Assembly (NCBI GenBank): GCA_016938675.1
Contig: JAFGUF010000023.1
Span: 32,583-96,582, forward strand
Reading direction: 5' to 3'
DNA from: Clostridia bacterium
GTDB taxonomy: Bacteria; Bacillota; Clostridia; Christensenellales; UMGS416
DNA length: 64,000 bases
Shown here: one piece after another, positions 61,193 to 64,000 of the stretch
How positions within the stretch are numbered: position 1 is the first letter of the stretch
Layout of the letters: the number at the start of each line of letters is the position of its first letter
Notes under the pieces: generated by a model
What the model saw: only the letters and a program-made list of their open reading frames with translations
What the model was told of the DNA's origin: nothing
Database searches by the model: none
Program-made: the position numbers and the translations under genes

Positions 61193-61831
61193 ATGACTGA
61201 ATTACTATATGGAACATCAAACAAAGCAAAAATACAATCAATGCGCCATATGCTGCGCAGCATAGAGGTTTCGCTTGCAAACAATGATACCTTTGATTTA
61301 AGCAAAGTGATTGTTGAAGAAAACGGAAACACACCTTTAGAAAATGCGAGCATAAAAGCACTGGCTTTTTATGATGAATTTTCTTTCCCTGTTTTCTCAT
61401 GTGATACGGGGCTATATTTAAAAGATATTCCGGATAAATACCAGCCGGGTGTACAGGTGCGCCGGGCAAACGGAAACCATATGAATGATGAGGAAATGAT
61501 ACAATACTATGCAAACCTTGCTGCTCAGCACGGCGGAGAGATAACAGCCTATTATCAGAATGCAATATGCCTTGTTATGAATAAGCATGAAATCTATACC
61601 CGCGCAGATGAAAGCCTGCATTCCGAGGAGTTCATAATAGCAGCCCATCCCCATAAAAATCGTACACCGGGCTACCCATTAGATTCACTCTCCGTGCACA
61701 TTGAATCCGGAAAATTCTATATGGACTTGAAGTCGGATCTCAATTACAGCTATGTTCTTAAGAAGGATTTATCGGAAGGCTTCAGCCAATTCTTTATAGA
61801 CAGTATTGGAGCTAAATATATTAATATATAG
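61193..61831 (+). CDS. Ham1/RdgB-like non-canonical NTP pyrophosphatase family protein (divergent)
   Basis: LLYGTSNKAKI, EENGNTPLENASIKA, CDTGLYL and GYPLDS align by eye with the RdgB motifs ATGNxGK, EETGxTFxENAxxKA, DDSGL and GFGYDP. Confidence 0.5.
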   Translation: MTELLYGTSNKAKIQSMRHMLRSIEVSLANNDTFDLSKVIVEENGNTPLENASIKALAFYDEFSFPVFSCDTGLYLKDIPDKYQPGVQVRRANGNHMNDEEMIQYYANLAAQHGGEITAYYQNAICLVMNKHEIYTRADESLHSEEFIIAAHPHKNRTPGYPLDSLSVHIESGKFYMDLKSDLNYSYVLKKDLSEGFSQFFIDSIGAKYINI

Positions 61832-61910
61832 TATAGGCTTTCATCACTAATAACAATTAACTAATAAAGCTACTCAGTACTTTAGATTTTTTTATAGTTT
61901 CAGCGATTTA

Positions 61911-61939
61911 TTGAATATTGAAGATACATCATTTATAAT
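61911..61939 (+). promoter_or_regulatory. pepV promoter
   Basis: TTGAAT (61911..61916), 17 nt, TATAAT (61934..61939). Confidence 0.6.
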
Positions 61940-61968
61940 ATAGGATAGTACGATAAAAGGAGCACACA

Positions 61969-63333
61969 ATGGACAATAATTTAGACAAGAAGATAACACA
62001 ATATTTAAATGATAACAAAGACAACTTTATATCAGACTTAAGAAAACTGCTTTCATTTAATTCAATTAAGGGAGAGGCTCTGCCCGATAAACCATTTGGC
62101 GAAGAGCCGGCCAAAGCTCTCGACTTTATGCAGTCATTATGTGATGAAGCAGGATTACATACAACAAACTACGATTATTACTGTATGGACGCATGCCTAG
62201 GCGACGGCGAAGAGACAATCGGCGCATTATGCCACCTGGATATTGTACCTGCAGGTGAAGGCTGGGATTATCCGCCATTCGGTGGAGAGATGGTTGGCTC
62301 TCGCATGTACGGCCGCGGCGTAACAGACGACAAAGGCCCGGCAATGGCAATATTCTATGCTGTAAAGGCGCTGCTTGATGCGGGCGTTGAGCTGAATAAA
62401 ACCGTCAAGCTGATATTCGGCAGCGACGAGGAGACCGGAATGAGCGATATGGCACACTATCTGAAAAAAGTAAAGGCTCCGGATTACGCTTTTTCTCCCG
62501 ATGCTGACTTCCCTGTAATATACGCTGAAAAGAATATTATGGGCGGATTTTATCAGGCAAATGTTGAGGGAAGCACAAAGCTGGTTTCCATAAAGGGCGG
62601 CACGGCAACAAACGCAGTGCCAAACAGCGCCGTTGCTATAATTAAGCATGATACTCTGCCAAAAGCTATAGATAAGATAACCTATGAACTCAATGACGGC
62701 CTTTTAACGATAACTGCAGAAGGAATAGCTGCTCATGCTTCACTGCCCCATAAGGGCGACAACGCTATAAGCACACTGCTCAAAGCATTGGTTGAAGTAC
62801 TGCCTGACGAGGACGCGGCCAAACCGCTAATCAAGACATTATCTGATGGACTCAGTGCTAGCGACGGAAGCGGCATTGGCATAGACTGTCGTGATGATAT
62901 TACAGGAGCGCTTACACTAAACCACGGCGTAATAAAATATGAAGACAATGTAATAACATCGTCCTTCGATATCCGTCACCCTGTAACGCTGGATTACAAA
63001 GAGGTCATGGAAAAAATGAAAACGGCTTTAAAAGGCTTTGAGCTTAAGAAAATATACTGCAGCGTCGGCATATACCGTCCCAAGGACGGCAAGCTAGTAA
63101 GCACACTGCAAAGCCTATACAGGGAGATATCAGGCGATACAGAAAGCGAGCCTATTGCAATAGGCGGCGGAACATACGCCAGATGCCTGCCTAATGCCGT
63201 AGCCTTCGGCCCGGTTTTCCCCAACGGAAACGCCGGAGGAGCGCACACCATCAATGAATATGCTGATGTCGATGAGCTGCTCAAAGCAGCAAGGCTGTAC
63301 GCGCATTGCTTGTATTCGCTGGCTAATTCATAA
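61969..63333 (+). CDS. pepV: M20 family dipeptidase (PepV/Sapep-like)
   Basis: 454 aa with HLDIVPAG, GRGVTDDKGP, GSDEETG and GGGTYAR motifs. Confidence 0.9.
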   Translation: MDNNLDKKITQYLNDNKDNFISDLRKLLSFNSIKGEALPDKPFGEEPAKALDFMQSLCDEAGLHTTNYDYYCMDACLGDGEETIGALCHLDIVPAGEGWDYPPFGGEMVGSRMYGRGVTDDKGPAMAIFYAVKALLDAGVELNKTVKLIFGSDEETGMSDMAHYLKKVKAPDYAFSPDADFPVIYAEKNIMGGFYQANVEGSTKLVSIKGGTATNAVPNSAVAIIKHDTLPKAIDKITYELNDGLLTITAEGIAAHASLPHKGDNAISTLLKALVEVLPDEDAAKPLIKTLSDGLSASDGSGIGIDCRDDITGALTLNHGVIKYEDNVITSSFDIRHPVTLDYKEVMEKMKTALKGFELKKIYCSVGIYRPKDGKLVSTLQSLYREISGDTESEPIAIGGGTYARCLPNAVAFGPVFPNGNAGGAHTINEYADVDELLKAARLYAHCLYSLANS

Positions 63334-63349
63334 AAAACTTTATAACAAA

Positions 63350-63386
63350 AAGGAGCTGTATCCGTTTGGACAGCTCCTTTTATTTA
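63350..63386. terminator. bidirectional terminator (pepV / clpB)
   Basis: AAGGAGCTGT (63350..63359) pairs with ACAGCTCCTT (63370..63379), followed by TTATTTAT. Confidence 0.75.
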
Positions 63387-63393
63387 TCTAAAT

Positions 63394-64000
63394 TTAAATT
63401 TTCTTAAAAGCCAGTTTATTATTATCTACATATATTTCTATATTGTCGTCTTCGACTATTTCATCTTTTAAGATAGCCTTGCCAAGCTCAGTCTCCACAA
63501 ACCTCTGTACATAGCGTTTCATCGGCCTGGCTCCGTAAACTGGATCATAGCTTTCGTTTTCAATAAACTTTTTAGCTTCGTCATTGATACTTAGTTCTAT
63601 TCTCCTGTCTTCAAGCCGTTTATTTATGTCAATCAGGGTCAATTCTATAATTTTGCCTAACTGTTCCTTAGTCAAGGGCTTAAATAGAACTATATCGTCA
63701 AGGCGATTCAAAAACTCCGGCCTGAAGTGCTGGGATAGAAGCCCCATAACTTCATTCTTTACAGTTTCTGATATCTCTCCTTCACCGTCTTTTATTCCCT
63801 GCAGAAGCAGCTGGCTTCCGATGTTTGAAGTAAGGATAATAACCGTGTTTTTGAAGTTAACTACCCTGCCCTTTGCATCTGTCAGCCTGCCGTCATCCAG
63901 CAGCTGCAACAGCACATTGAATACCTCCGGATGTGCTTTTTCTATTTCGTCAAAAAGCACTACAGCATATGGTTTCCTACGCACGGCTTCGGTTAATTGT
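63394..64000 (-). CDS. clpB: ATP-dependent chaperone ClpB, C-terminal part (gene continues beyond window end)
   Basis: RRKPYAVVLFDEIEKAHPEVFNVLLQLLDDGRLTD...TSNIGS...YDPVYGARPMKRYVQ is a typical ClpB NBD2 and C-terminal domain. The frame is still open at position 64000. Confidence 0.9.
   Translation of the reverse strand, partial: QLTEAVRRKPYAVVLFDEIEKAHPEVFNVLLQLLDDGRLTDAKGRVVNFKNTVIILTSNIGSQLLLQGIKDGEGEISETVKNEVMGLLSQHFRPEFLNRLDDIVLFKPLTKEQLGKIIELTLIDINKRLEDRRIELSINDEAKKFIENESYDPVYGARPMKRYVQRFVETELGKAILKDEIVEDDNIEIYVDNNKLAFKKI

Overview
This 64-kb chromosomal window comes from a low-GC Gram-positive genome (Bacillota, Clostridia-like by gene content and GGAGG-type RBSs). I call about 61 protein-coding genes. 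I found no rRNA, tRNA, CRISPR array, transposase or integrase. Most of the window is housekeeping: a hisZGDBHAF-IE operon, groES-groEL with a CIRCE operator, ftsH, pnp-rpsO, mutS2, uvrB-uvrA with a LexA-type box, kbl-tdh and a clpB 3' end. The rest includes a metal-sensing ArsR/permease pair, a response regulator/kinase/HtrA module, an ECF sigma/anti-sigma pair, envelope genes (GT4 TagO/WecA-like, two sortase genes, lipoproteins), a GGDEF cyclase and polyphosphate genes (Ppx, PPK2). The best candidates for something undescribed: (1) a four-gene accessory islet at 29.7-32.8 kb, between rpsO-pnp and mutS2, holding an HNH_2-type nuclease-like protein with an unassigned N-terminal domain and Tyr in place of the catalytic His, transcribed divergently from an orphan Phd/YefM antitoxin; (2) a 54-aa Asp/Glu/Tyr-rich micro-ORF with a strong RBS, missing from the ORF track, between the ECF sigma operon and uvrB; (3) a sortase paralogue lacking the catalytic Cys, next to a class B sortase; (4) a tandem-activase / dehydratase-like / DsrE-like operon with no known substrate context; (5) a 38-bp repeat pair in a convergent intergenic region. 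All functional calls rest on motifs read from the translations. No database search was run.
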